From Candidatus Methylomirabilis oxygeniifera (GTDB lineage Bacteria > Methylomirabilota > Methylomirabilia > Methylomirabilales > Methylomirabilaceae), in NCBI GenBank assembly GCA_000091165.1, contig FP565575.1:120001-152000 (forward strand): a stretch of 32,000 nucleotides of DNA. Direction: 5' to 3'. A program made the position numbers and the translations under genes. Numbering within the stretch: position 1 is the first letter of the stretch; the number at the start of each line of letters is the position of its first letter. Below the pieces are notes generated by a model. It saw nothing but the letters and a program-made list of their open reading frames with translations, searched no databases and was not told the DNA's origin. Of the stretch, positions 9,301-16,611 are shown in pieces.

Positions 9301-10062
9301 CTAACTCCTTCGGGTAAAGCTGTTCTTCAGGATTCCGATCCCCTCGACCTCCATCTCTATGGTGTCTACCGTATCGCCATCGACAAGCCAAGGGTACTGC
9401 CTCAAGGTCTCGGCGATGGAGCCGCCGGCGAACGTCCCGGACCCGACGAGTGTTCCGGCTTCGAGAATTAAGGGTTGTTGGGAGAGGTAGGCGCAGATTT
9501 TCGGAAAGGTCCACAACGTCGAGTCGGTACACGCCTGGGCTTCCAGACGAACCTCGCCGTTTACCCGTAGGACGATGTAAGGGTTTCGCTTCGCGAACTC
9601 CGCATACGGTACAAACCGTGGACCCAGCACCTTCCCGAGGATCGACTTACTCCGCGCGGGGCCAAGCCCGAGTTGAACGTCCTCGGCCTGAAGACACCGA
9701 CAGGACAGATCGTTGAGGATGGTCACGCGGCCATGCGCCTGCAGAAACTTCTCCGCCTCTGCTTCAGTCCATCCTTCTTGTGTTCCCTGATCGAGCAGGA
9801 GCGCGACTTCGAACTCATAGTCCGGTTTTCGAATCGAGCGTGGGATGCACACCTTCTCACCGGAGTCGTGGATCTCGTGCCGGCCAAGGGCGAGCGCGTA
9901 ATACGCCCACCGTACCCTGCGGAGCTCAAGACTTTTTTGAATCTCTTCCTCGCTGCGTCCCGAACTCCTACCCATGCCGATGATGTGTCTGGCATCGGAG
10001 ACGCCGTCCAGGAACCGGACCGGATAGGTGAGATAGTCCTTGATCGAGGCAGCGGTGGTCAT
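9301..10062 (-). CDS. Fumarylacetoacetate hydrolase-family protein
   Basis: Start placed at 10062 (MTTAASIKDY...), 4-nt overlap with the upstream gene; 'RKPDYEFEVALLLDQ', 'TILNDLSCRCLQAEDVQLGLGPARSKSILGKVLGPRFVP', 'GSGTFAGGSI'. Confidence 0.85.
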   Translation of the reverse strand: MTTAASIKDYLTYPVRFLDGVSDARHIIGMGRSSGRSEEEIQKSLELRRVRWAYYALALGRHEIHDSGEKVCIPRSIRKPDYEFEVALLLDQGTQEGWTEAEAEKFLQAHGRVTILNDLSCRCLQAEDVQLGLGPARSKSILGKVLGPRFVPYAEFAKRNPYIVLRVNGEVRLEAQACTDSTLWTFPKICAYLSQQPLILEAGTLVGSGTFAGGSIAETLRQYPWLVDGDTVDTIEMEVEGIGILKNSFTRRS

Positions 10063-10772
10063 GCTCGTCCCCCACTCAGGCGAGCGATGATCTCCGCGCT
10101 CGCCTCTTGCCAGGGACGCAGTCGGGGCGCATTCGCGGGGCAGGCATCCGGGCTGTGATTCGTGACGGCGACGTGGAACGCGATGTACAGGTTGTCGGGA
10201 AATTTGCGTCGAAGCTCCTCGTTGAGTGACGAGGTCCCAAGGGCGATCGCGGCTGTGCCGATGACCTTGCCGCCGCTCTGAGCGGCCGCGTCCGGCAGGC
10301 GAAATCCGATACACCGACCGCCGGTCAAACTGGTCAGATTGAACGTCAACACCGTTGCTTCGGCAGGAAAGTTTCCCTCGATGGTGTCGCCGAATCGCCC
10401 GCTGGGCTTGGTCTCGAGGTAGACCGGCCTGGCATCGACAGCTCTCGACAGCTTCTCGACGAAGCGCCGGACCGGATCAGTCCCCGGAGCGAAAATGACG
10501 TGAGGCCGAAGGCCCTTCGCCGTCATCCATCGCGCGACATCTTCGACGAGCCATGAAGCAAATTCCGGGAACTGAACGATCGCCTCGGTGGAGAAGTAGG
10601 CTTCGAGATGCACCTGTGGTCCATCATAATCAGAGGGGTACGCCAGATGCTGTCCGGTGGAGAACGGATTTGCCTCCTTGATGATCCTGCTCGTTCGCTC
10701 TGCATCAAAGGTCGGCGATACGAGCGTCACACCTTCAGCGATCCTCATCGAAGAATCCCCAGTGTCCGTCAA
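10059..10772 (-). CDS. Divergent phosphoribosyltransferase-like protein
   Basis: 237 aa; 'GPQVHLEAYFS' and 'TVLTFNLTSLTGGRCIGFRLPDAAAQSGGKVIGTAAIA' resemble a PRTase core with a degenerate PRPP loop; 4-nt overlaps at both ends. Confidence 0.4.
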   Translation of the reverse strand: MTDTGDSSMRIAEGVTLVSPTFDAERTSRIIKEANPFSTGQHLAYPSDYDGPQVHLEAYFSTEAIVQFPEFASWLVEDVARWMTAKGLRPHVIFAPGTDPVRRFVEKLSRAVDARPVYLETKPSGRFGDTIEGNFPAEATVLTFNLTSLTGGRCIGFRLPDAAAQSGGKVIGTAAIALGTSSLNEELRRKFPDNLYIAFHVAVTNHSPDACPANAPRLRPWQEASAEIIARLSGGRA

Positions 10773-11578
10773 GCGAGCGCCTTTCTGGCCGAGTTGAGCC
10801 CGTCCCAGAAAATATAGAGGGCATCAAGCGCTCGTCGCCCGCCCTCTATGAACTTGTCTTCATCGAACTTGGGGTGAGAGAAGGTCTCCCGAAGCTCGCC
10901 GTACACGTTCTCCCCATGCCCCGTTTCAAGCTCGAAGTGATGCTCGAAAAAGCCGAGAGGGACCGGCTCCAGGCCATATGCCAGACGCTGTGTTTCATTG
11001 TAGCCCTTCAGTCCGATAATGAGCTGCTTCCAGAAATTTCTGGACTCCGCTTCCTCGCCTTTCCCGATTCCCCACGCCGCCCACGTCTCGATTCCGTAAC
11101 TGGCGCCGCCGGCAAGCCGCCAGTCGAGGCTTCCATACGCCTTCTCAAGTTCAACCAGAAAGCGCCGTGTCGGTGGGGTGGCGGTTCTCCAGTTGCCGAG
11201 CCGTTCCGGATCCAGTTTCAGTGGCGCGCACGTCTCGCGCAACCACTCGATATGGGCCCACTCCGTTCTGAACGGCTGGTTCTCCGGGCTCTTATCCGGG
11301 CCAAGTCTCACGCCGCATTCGTTCACCAGGATGTGGCGCGCCAGCTTTTCGCTTTCAAGGTTGGTTGCGCGGGCGACTCGCTTGGCTTGTATCGGGACGA
11401 AATGCTTGGAAAAGACTGCGAACTGTTCAAGGAAATGGATGACTTGATCGGTATTGGCTTTCCCGCGGCTGAACCAGGCACAGAACCTGTTGTTCCTGAT
11501 CGCTTGATGCCGATGAATCTTCAGTTCGACCTTCTTCCAAAAGGCATCAAATCGCTTGTGTCGGCCACCGCTCTGCAT
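10769..11578 (-). CDS. Heme-oxygenase-like fold protein (TENA/PqqC/CADD-like, putative diiron or iron-containing redox enzyme)
   Basis: 269 aa; 'LARHILVNECGVRLG', 'FRTEWAHIEWL', 'GFFEHHFELETGHGENV' in positions resembling the HO-like metal-ligand helices. Confidence 0.65.
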   Translation of the reverse strand: MQSGGRHKRFDAFWKKVELKIHRHQAIRNNRFCAWFSRGKANTDQVIHFLEQFAVFSKHFVPIQAKRVARATNLESEKLARHILVNECGVRLGPDKSPENQPFRTEWAHIEWLRETCAPLKLDPERLGNWRTATPPTRRFLVELEKAYGSLDWRLAGGASYGIETWAAWGIGKGEEAESRNFWKQLIIGLKGYNETQRLAYGLEPVPLGFFEHHFELETGHGENVYGELRETFSHPKFDEDKFIEGGRRALDALYIFWDGLNSARKALA

Positions 11579-11645
11579 GGCGCCTTCTCCGACATGAGGA
11601 GATCAATGGCGGTGATGAGGAGCCCACCAAGGATCAGGATAAGAT

Positions 11646-11651
11646 ATTATA
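11646..11651 (-). promoter_or_regulatory. Possible -10 element for the minus-strand five-gene operon
   Basis: TATAAT on the minus strand, 68 nt upstream of the 11578 start; no convincing -35. Confidence 0.3.
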
Positions 11652-11699
11652 AACGGCTGTGTTATAACTACTTGTAATCTAATCTGTTCCCATCAGTAC

Positions 11700-11770
11700 G
11701 TCAAGGAGCTATGCTCTCTGACACGACGATGATCTACACCCACGTATTGAATCTGGGCGAACGGGAGTCA
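11700..11770 (+). pseudogene. C-terminal relic of a tyrosine recombinase/integrase
   Basis: 'VKEL' (11700-11711) then, after frameshift/deletion, 'SDTTMIYTHVLNLG' (from 11717), matching the canonical 'VxELLGHSDVxTTMIYTHVLNRGG' box including the catalytic Tyr. Confidence 0.7.
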
Positions 11771-12009
11771 ATAGCCCGGTTGATCGGCTATAGGGCGACC
11801 AGGATAGGCCGCCAAAGCTGGCAGCGTTTGTCGGCCAGAATAGTCTTGACCGCTTGGGGTACGTGTGGGATATAGCGAACAAATTCGTCGTTGAGAAGTG
11901 GAGCCGTCTTGGGCGATAGGCCGCCGGTCTTTGTCGGCTTCTAAAGCGGCTCACTTATAGTTCGGCGGCGACTTGTCCGCGGTTATCCTCTATGGGATAA
12001 TGTTGGTCG

Positions 12010-12243
12010 ATGCACTTCGAGATCATTGGCTCGATCACCGACGTCGAAACAATCGCGGCAGGCGGCAGCGTCCGCATACTGCCAGTGCTCCGCAAGCAAT
12101 ACGGTTCAGGCCACTGGAGAAAACTGAAAGGCATTGCCACGGTTCGCCTGACCGATCGAACAATGCGGCTGGCCGAAGTGCATTGGTTTGAAGCACATGG
12201 TATCGGCAAACGGAAAATGCGCATCAAGCGTTTCTTGGACTGA
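12010..12243 (+). CDS. Small conserved-type hypothetical protein (gene 1 of a pair)
   Basis: 77 aa 'MHFEIIGSITDVETIAAGGSVRILPVLRKQYGSGHWRKLKGIATVRL...AEVHWFEAHGIGKRKMRIKRFLD'. Confidence 0.7.
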   Translation: MHFEIIGSITDVETIAAGGSVRILPVLRKQYGSGHWRKLKGIATVRLTDRTMRLAEVHWFEAHGIGKRKMRIKRFLD

Positions 12244-12246
12244 GCT

Positions 12247-12549
12247 ATGACCACTAAACTTCAAAAGCCACGGCAGCGATTCGCCATCTGCATCAACACC
12301 GACGACGCGGATTTGTTGACACCCCGGATGGTTTATCAAGTCTTGCCGGACGAGAGCGCGGCCAAATCGGACTACATTCGGGTCATTGATAACGAAGGCG
12401 AGGATTACTTGTATCCGGCCCGGTATTTCGTGCTCGTCGATTTTCCACAGCCGGTGAAGCGCGCGCTATTACGCACGCGGGCGCCGGTCATGCGCAGCGT
12501 AGCTACTGAACGTAGTCGCGTAACCTCCGCGCAGCGGAAAAACCTTTAA
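12247..12549 (+). CDS. Small conserved-type hypothetical protein (gene 2 of a pair)
   Basis: ATG 3 nt after gene 1 stop; 'VYQVLPDESAAKSDYIRVIDNEGEDYLYPARYFVLVDFPQPVKRAL'; C-terminal tail looks non-native. Confidence 0.65.
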   Translation: MTTKLQKPRQRFAICINTDDADLLTPRMVYQVLPDESAAKSDYIRVIDNEGEDYLYPARYFVLVDFPQPVKRALLRTRAPVMRSVATERSRVTSAQRKNL

Positions 12550-12903
12550 CGTCTGGTCGCCCAACGCGCGGTTACGGCTGTCCCCCGACCGTGCTACCCA
12601 TCAAGGTCATCGGTGCGCGTGGGCAATTGGCCCGCCATAGTTCGTCTCATTGAGGTAGTCTTAGGGTAAAAGTCGTTTGAATCCAGATTGCGTGAAGTGC
12701 TTATCGAAGGTAAAAGCCCATCGGCCGCGAAGGCGCTCCATCACCACTCTGGTCGCGGGAAAACAGCTTGCCCCCGGTTGCCCTTCGCGCTAAATTATGA
12801 GTGTGCATGCCGGATCTTGACTGTGACTGGGGGCGGCATCGGGTGGTGGGCGGCGTAAGGGCTTAGTCAGTAGTGGTGGGGGTGAGAAACCCAATACAAT
12901 ACC

Positions 12904-12943
12904 AAGAGCAGGAAGCCGTGAGGCGACCTGCTCTTATTGTTTT
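12904..12943 (+). promoter_or_regulatory. Structured leader / terminator-like hairpin upstream of the ALDH gene
   Basis: 9-bp stem AAGAGCAGG/CCTGCTCTT, internal AA/GA loop, inner GCC-GTGA-GGC with a GNRA tetraloop, then ATTGTTTT. Confidence 0.6.
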
Positions 12944-12957
12944 GAGGAGGTAGGCCG

Positions 12958-14448
12958 ATGGACGGGAAGAACTATATCGCAGGGAGATGGGTAGAGGCGG
13001 TCGGAGGAGCCAGATTTGAAAGTCGTAATCCCGCCAGATTTGGTCAGGTGCTCGGGACTGTGGCCTTGTCGAATCGGGAGGATGCGGAGCAGGCGGTTGT
13101 GGCCGCGAAGACGGCTTTTGCCGGCTGGCGTGCGCTGTCGCGAATAAAAAGGGGGGAGTATCTCGATCGATTCATCGATGCGATCAAGGTCCAGGTCGAC
13201 GAGATCACAAGCTTTGTGGCATCGGAGGCCGGCAAGGCGTATAACGAGGCCAAAGCCGATGTCGTTGAAGGGATCCATATGGCGCAGTATATGTTCGGCC
13301 ACGCGCGGCTCCCTTCCGGTCAGGCCCTTCCCTCGGAGCTTGCCGAGAAGGACGCGTATATGTTCCGCAAGCCGAAAGGGGTGGTGACGGTGATCAGTCC
13401 CTGGAATTTCCCCTTCGCGATTCCCATCTGGCTGATCACCCCGGCCTTGCTCGAAGGGAATACGGTGGTTTTCAAACCGTCCGGGAACACCCCGTTGGTG
13501 GGGGAGAAGATCGTTGAGTGCTTTGAACGGGCCGAGCTTCCGCCTGGTGTTCTGAACCTCGTCCAGGGCACCGGAGGGGATGCTGGGTGGCCTCTGGTGA
13601 CCCATCCCGACGTCGAGGTCGTCCTCTTTACCGGCTCATATGAGGTAGGATCACGGATCAAGGAGGCGTGCGTCAAGGACTATCGGAAGATGTATGCCTG
13701 CGAGATGGGCGGGAAGAATGCGATGATCGTCTGCCAGGACGCCGACCTTGATCTGGCCGTCCGGGCCGCGATTCTCAGCGCCTTTAAGACGACCGGCCAG
13801 CGCTGTACCTCGGCCTCTCGCCTCATCATCCATGAGAGTCGGATGGAGGAGTTCGCGAAGGCCTTTGTCGCTATGGCACGGCGGATTGTCATTGGCGATC
13901 CCCTCGATCCTCAGGTCTTCATGGGCCCGCTCATTAACGAGGCGGCGATGAAGAAGGTCGGCTCTTATAATCTGCTGGCGAAGCAGGAAGGGGCTGAGGT
14001 GCTCCTGGATGGCGGGCGCCTGGAGGAAGGGGCCTATCGGGACGGCTACTTCTTCAGCCCCTTCATCTATCGCATGGCGCATCGGAAAGATGCCCGGGTA
14101 CTCCACGAGGAGGTCTTTGGACCCCACGTGGCTCTGATCCCCTTCCAAACGCTGGACGAGGCCGTGGCCATCCACAACGGTGTGGAGTATGGCCTGGCCT
14201 GCTCCGTGATCACCGAAGATTATCGGATCGCCCGTCGTCTTCGGGAGGAATGCGAGTTCGGTGTTGGGTATTGGAATCTGCCCACCATCGGCGCCGAGGT
14301 ACACCTGCCGTTCGGCGGACTGAAGAAGAGCGGGACGGGTGTTCCGGCGTCCTGGCCTTTGCTGGATCTCGTGACGCACAAGGTGGCATGGACGGTCAAT
14401 CATGGTCGCGAGATCAGGATGGCGCAAGGTCTGAGCACCGAGGTGTAG
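12958..14448 (+). CDS. Aldehyde dehydrogenase, semialdehyde-dehydrogenase-like
   Basis: 'VISPWNFPFAIP', 'VVLFTGSYEVGSRI', 'EMGGKNAMIV', 'GQRCTSASR', 'HEEVFGP'; RBS gaggagg. Confidence 0.93.
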   Translation: MDGKNYIAGRWVEAVGGARFESRNPARFGQVLGTVALSNREDAEQAVVAAKTAFAGWRALSRIKRGEYLDRFIDAIKVQVDEITSFVASEAGKAYNEAKADVVEGIHMAQYMFGHARLPSGQALPSELAEKDAYMFRKPKGVVTVISPWNFPFAIPIWLITPALLEGNTVVFKPSGNTPLVGEKIVECFERAELPPGVLNLVQGTGGDAGWPLVTHPDVEVVLFTGSYEVGSRIKEACVKDYRKMYACEMGGKNAMIVCQDADLDLAVRAAILSAFKTTGQRCTSASRLIIHESRMEEFAKAFVAMARRIVIGDPLDPQVFMGPLINEAAMKKVGSYNLLAKQEGAEVLLDGGRLEEGAYRDGYFFSPFIYRMAHRKDARVLHEEVFGPHVALIPFQTLDEAVAIHNGVEYGLACSVITEDYRIARRLREECEFGVGYWNLPTIGAEVHLPFGGLKKSGTGVPASWPLLDLVTHKVAWTVNHGREIRMAQGLSTEV

Positions 14449-14450
14449 CC

Positions 14451-15257
14451 ATGACCCGGCTGCTGATGTGTCATCCCGACTATTACGGGATTTACTACGA
14501 GATCAACCCCTGGATGGATCGAAGGCGCCAGGCGGACCGGGCAGTTGCCATACGGCAGTGGGAGGCGTTGTATCGACTGCTCACTGAAACATTAGGGGTC
14601 CGGGTGGAGTTGCTGCCGTCTGTTCCTGGGCTGCCTGATCTTTGCTTTACCGCGAACGCCGGACTTCTGATGAGCAGCCTGTTCGTGAGCAGTCGTTTCC
14701 GATATCATGAGCGTGAGGCGGAAGTTCCTCATGTTACACAGTGGTTTGCAGAGCGGAATTACAGGGTCGCATGTCTTCCTGAACCCGTCTTCTTTGAGGG
14801 GGAGGGGGATGCGCTGTTTTGCGGGAATGACCTGTTCTCCGGGTATCGCTTTCGTTCGGAGCTGCAGGCCCATCACCTGCTCGCGGAGCTTTTTGGGCTG
14901 CACGTTTATTCCCTGGAGCTGACCGATCCATGGTTTTACCACCTGGATACCTGTTTCTGTCCGCTCCAGCCAGGCCGGGCAGCGTACTATCCGGAGGCGT
15001 TCAGCCCAGCCTCGCAGCGGCTTTTGAAAGAGACGACCCCAGAGCTCTTCCCGGTGACGGCGGCAGAGGCCAAACGGTTGGCCTGCAATGCGCTGGTCAT
15101 CGGACAGTCGGTGATCCTCAATGCCGGCTGCCCCCATCTGGCTCGGACGCTCAGCGAGGCCGGGTATCAGGTTCACGAGGTCGAGACGACGGAGTTTCTT
15201 AAGGCCGGAGGCGGGCCCAAGTGCCTGACCCTCTTTCTTGAACGGGATGGATTATGA
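14451..15257 (+). CDS. Amidinotransferase/arginine-deiminase superfamily hydrolase, resembling the catalytic domain of cyanobacterial arginine dihydrolase (ArgZ/AgrE)
   Basis: 'MTRLLMCHPDYYGIYYEINPWMD', 'DLCFTANAGLL', 'FYHLDTCFCPL', 'VILNAGCP'; 3-codon-scale spacing after ALDH. Confidence 0.8.
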   Translation: MTRLLMCHPDYYGIYYEINPWMDRRRQADRAVAIRQWEALYRLLTETLGVRVELLPSVPGLPDLCFTANAGLLMSSLFVSSRFRYHEREAEVPHVTQWFAERNYRVACLPEPVFFEGEGDALFCGNDLFSGYRFRSELQAHHLLAELFGLHVYSLELTDPWFYHLDTCFCPLQPGRAAYYPEAFSPASQRLLKETTPELFPVTAAEAKRLACNALVIGQSVILNAGCPHLARTLSEAGYQVHEVETTEFLKAGGGPKCLTLFLERDGL

Positions 15258-16441
15258 GTCATTGGATCGAGTTGGATAAGCGGTACTTCATGGATACCGG
15301 TCACCGGCGTCTCGGGGTGACGCTCGTGCGCGGGGAGGGGGCGAGGGTCTGGGATGATGCCGGGAAAGAATATCTTGACTTCATTGCCGGATGGGCTGCC
15401 TGTAGCCTCGGCCACTGCCATCCTATTATCCAGGAGGCCCTTCGGGAACAGTCAAAGCGCCTTATCCTGGCGAGCCTGGATGTCTATACGATTCCCCAGA
15501 TCGAGTTGGCTGAGCTACTCATCTCCTTGAGCGGTTTGGCCAAGATCTTCTTCTGCAATAGCGGAGCAGAGGCAAACGAGGGCGCTGTTAAGCTGGCCAG
15601 GAAGCATGGGAAGTTGCACCTGAATGGCGCTTATGAGGTTATCTCGGCCCTGAAGAGCTTCCATGGTCGGACATTGGCGATGGTGGCCGCGACGGGTAAG
15701 CCGGAGTATCAGGCGCCCTTTACTCCGCTCCCTGAAGGATTCAGAAACGTCCCATACAACGATATCGCAGCCCTGCGGGCCGCTGTCGGTGAGCGGACCT
15801 GTGCAATCCTGCTGGAGCCGATCCAGGGCGAGGGCGGGGTGAACGTTCCGCCTGAGCACTATCTGAAGGAGGTCCGCACGCTCTGCGACGAGCGGGGCCT
15901 TTTGCTCATTCTGGACGAGGTCCAGACGGGCTGCGGTCGAACCGGGACCCTGTGGGCACACGAGGGTTTCGGTATCAGGCCGGACATCATGACGATAGGC
16001 AAGGGGTTGGGCGGCGGGGTTCCTATCGCTGCGTTTCTGGCCAACGAACGGGCCGCCTGTTTTGGTCCGGGAGATCACGGCTCCACCTATGGCGGCAATC
16101 CGCTCTGCTCTGCAGTCGCCGGTGCGGTGTTGCGGTTTATCATGAAGGAAGATCTGCCGGGTAACGCGGTACGGGTGGGAAGCTACTTCCGGGAGCGGCT
16201 CCTGGGCTTACAAGAGGAGTGGGATCTCGTGAAGGAGGTTCGGGGCCGCGGCCTGCTCCTGGCGATGGAGTTCACGAAGCCGATCGCGCTGGCAATGGCT
16301 CAGGCCTGCTGCGAACGGGGCCTGCTGGTGAACCCGATCCCGCCGCAGACAATCCGGTTTATGCCGCCCCTGATTATCACCCGACAGGACGTGGATCAGG
16401 CCATTATGATCCTGGATGCCGCCATCAGGCAGATCAAGTAG
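15254..16441 (+). CDS. Class III PLP aminotransferase (acetylornithine/ornithine aminotransferase family)
   Basis: 'IFFCNSGAEANEGAVKLARK', 'FHGRTLAMVAATG', 'ILDEVQTGCGRTGTLWAHE', 'MTIGKGLGGGVPIAA'; 4-nt overlap with upstream gene. Confidence 0.92.
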   Translation: MSHWIELDKRYFMDTGHRRLGVTLVRGEGARVWDDAGKEYLDFIAGWAACSLGHCHPIIQEALREQSKRLILASLDVYTIPQIELAELLISLSGLAKIFFCNSGAEANEGAVKLARKHGKLHLNGAYEVISALKSFHGRTLAMVAATGKPEYQAPFTPLPEGFRNVPYNDIAALRAAVGERTCAILLEPIQGEGGVNVPPEHYLKEVRTLCDERGLLLILDEVQTGCGRTGTLWAHEGFGIRPDIMTIGKGLGGGVPIAAFLANERAACFGPGDHGSTYGGNPLCSAVAGAVLRFIMKEDLPGNAVRVGSYFRERLLGLQEEWDLVKEVRGRGLLLAMEFTKPIALAMAQACCERGLLVNPIPPQTIRFMPPLIITRQDVDQAIMILDAAIRQIK

Positions 16442-16518
16442 GTGGTGGCCATACCCGAGGCCGTTCGCGAAGGCAATAGGATGGGTTCTAACCTTTCCCA
16501 GAAAATCCTATTTGTCAA

Positions 16519-16568
16519 ATCCCCCCGTATCCCCCCTTTGCTAAAGGGGGGTTGGGGGGTTTTGTATG
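16519..16568. repeat. Poly-C/poly-G nested hairpin, copy 1
   Basis: CCCCCCTTT (16533-16541)/AAAGGGGGG (16545-16553), flanked by an outer pair of aaatcccccc and gggggtttt. Confidence 0.8.
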
Positions 16569-16611
16569 CCGTGGTGCCGGGTCCGGACTTTCATGGTGAT
16601 GGAGGATAGTG

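Noticed and set aside
10063-10314. N-terminal extension of the FAH-family ORF up to 10314
   Set aside because: The extension (MYRISPAGRGRSE...) overlaps the upstream PRTase-like gene; the start at 10062 gives a 4-nt ATGA overlap and a normal FAH N-terminus.
10769-11578. Assignment as PqqC
   Set aside because: Same fold superfamily, but no pqqA/B/D/E neighbours and context is an unrelated operon, so a PQQ role is unsupported despite the nearby PQQ-dependent XoxF.
11700-12903. Intact integron with attC cassettes
   Set aside because: Only a short integrase relic; a 'GCCCAAC' core-like heptamer near 12570 has no partner GTTRRRY site or attC-like fold that I could find.
13651-14427. 258-aa minus-strand ORF inside the ALDH gene
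   Set aside because: Antisense shadow ORF without recognisable motifs.
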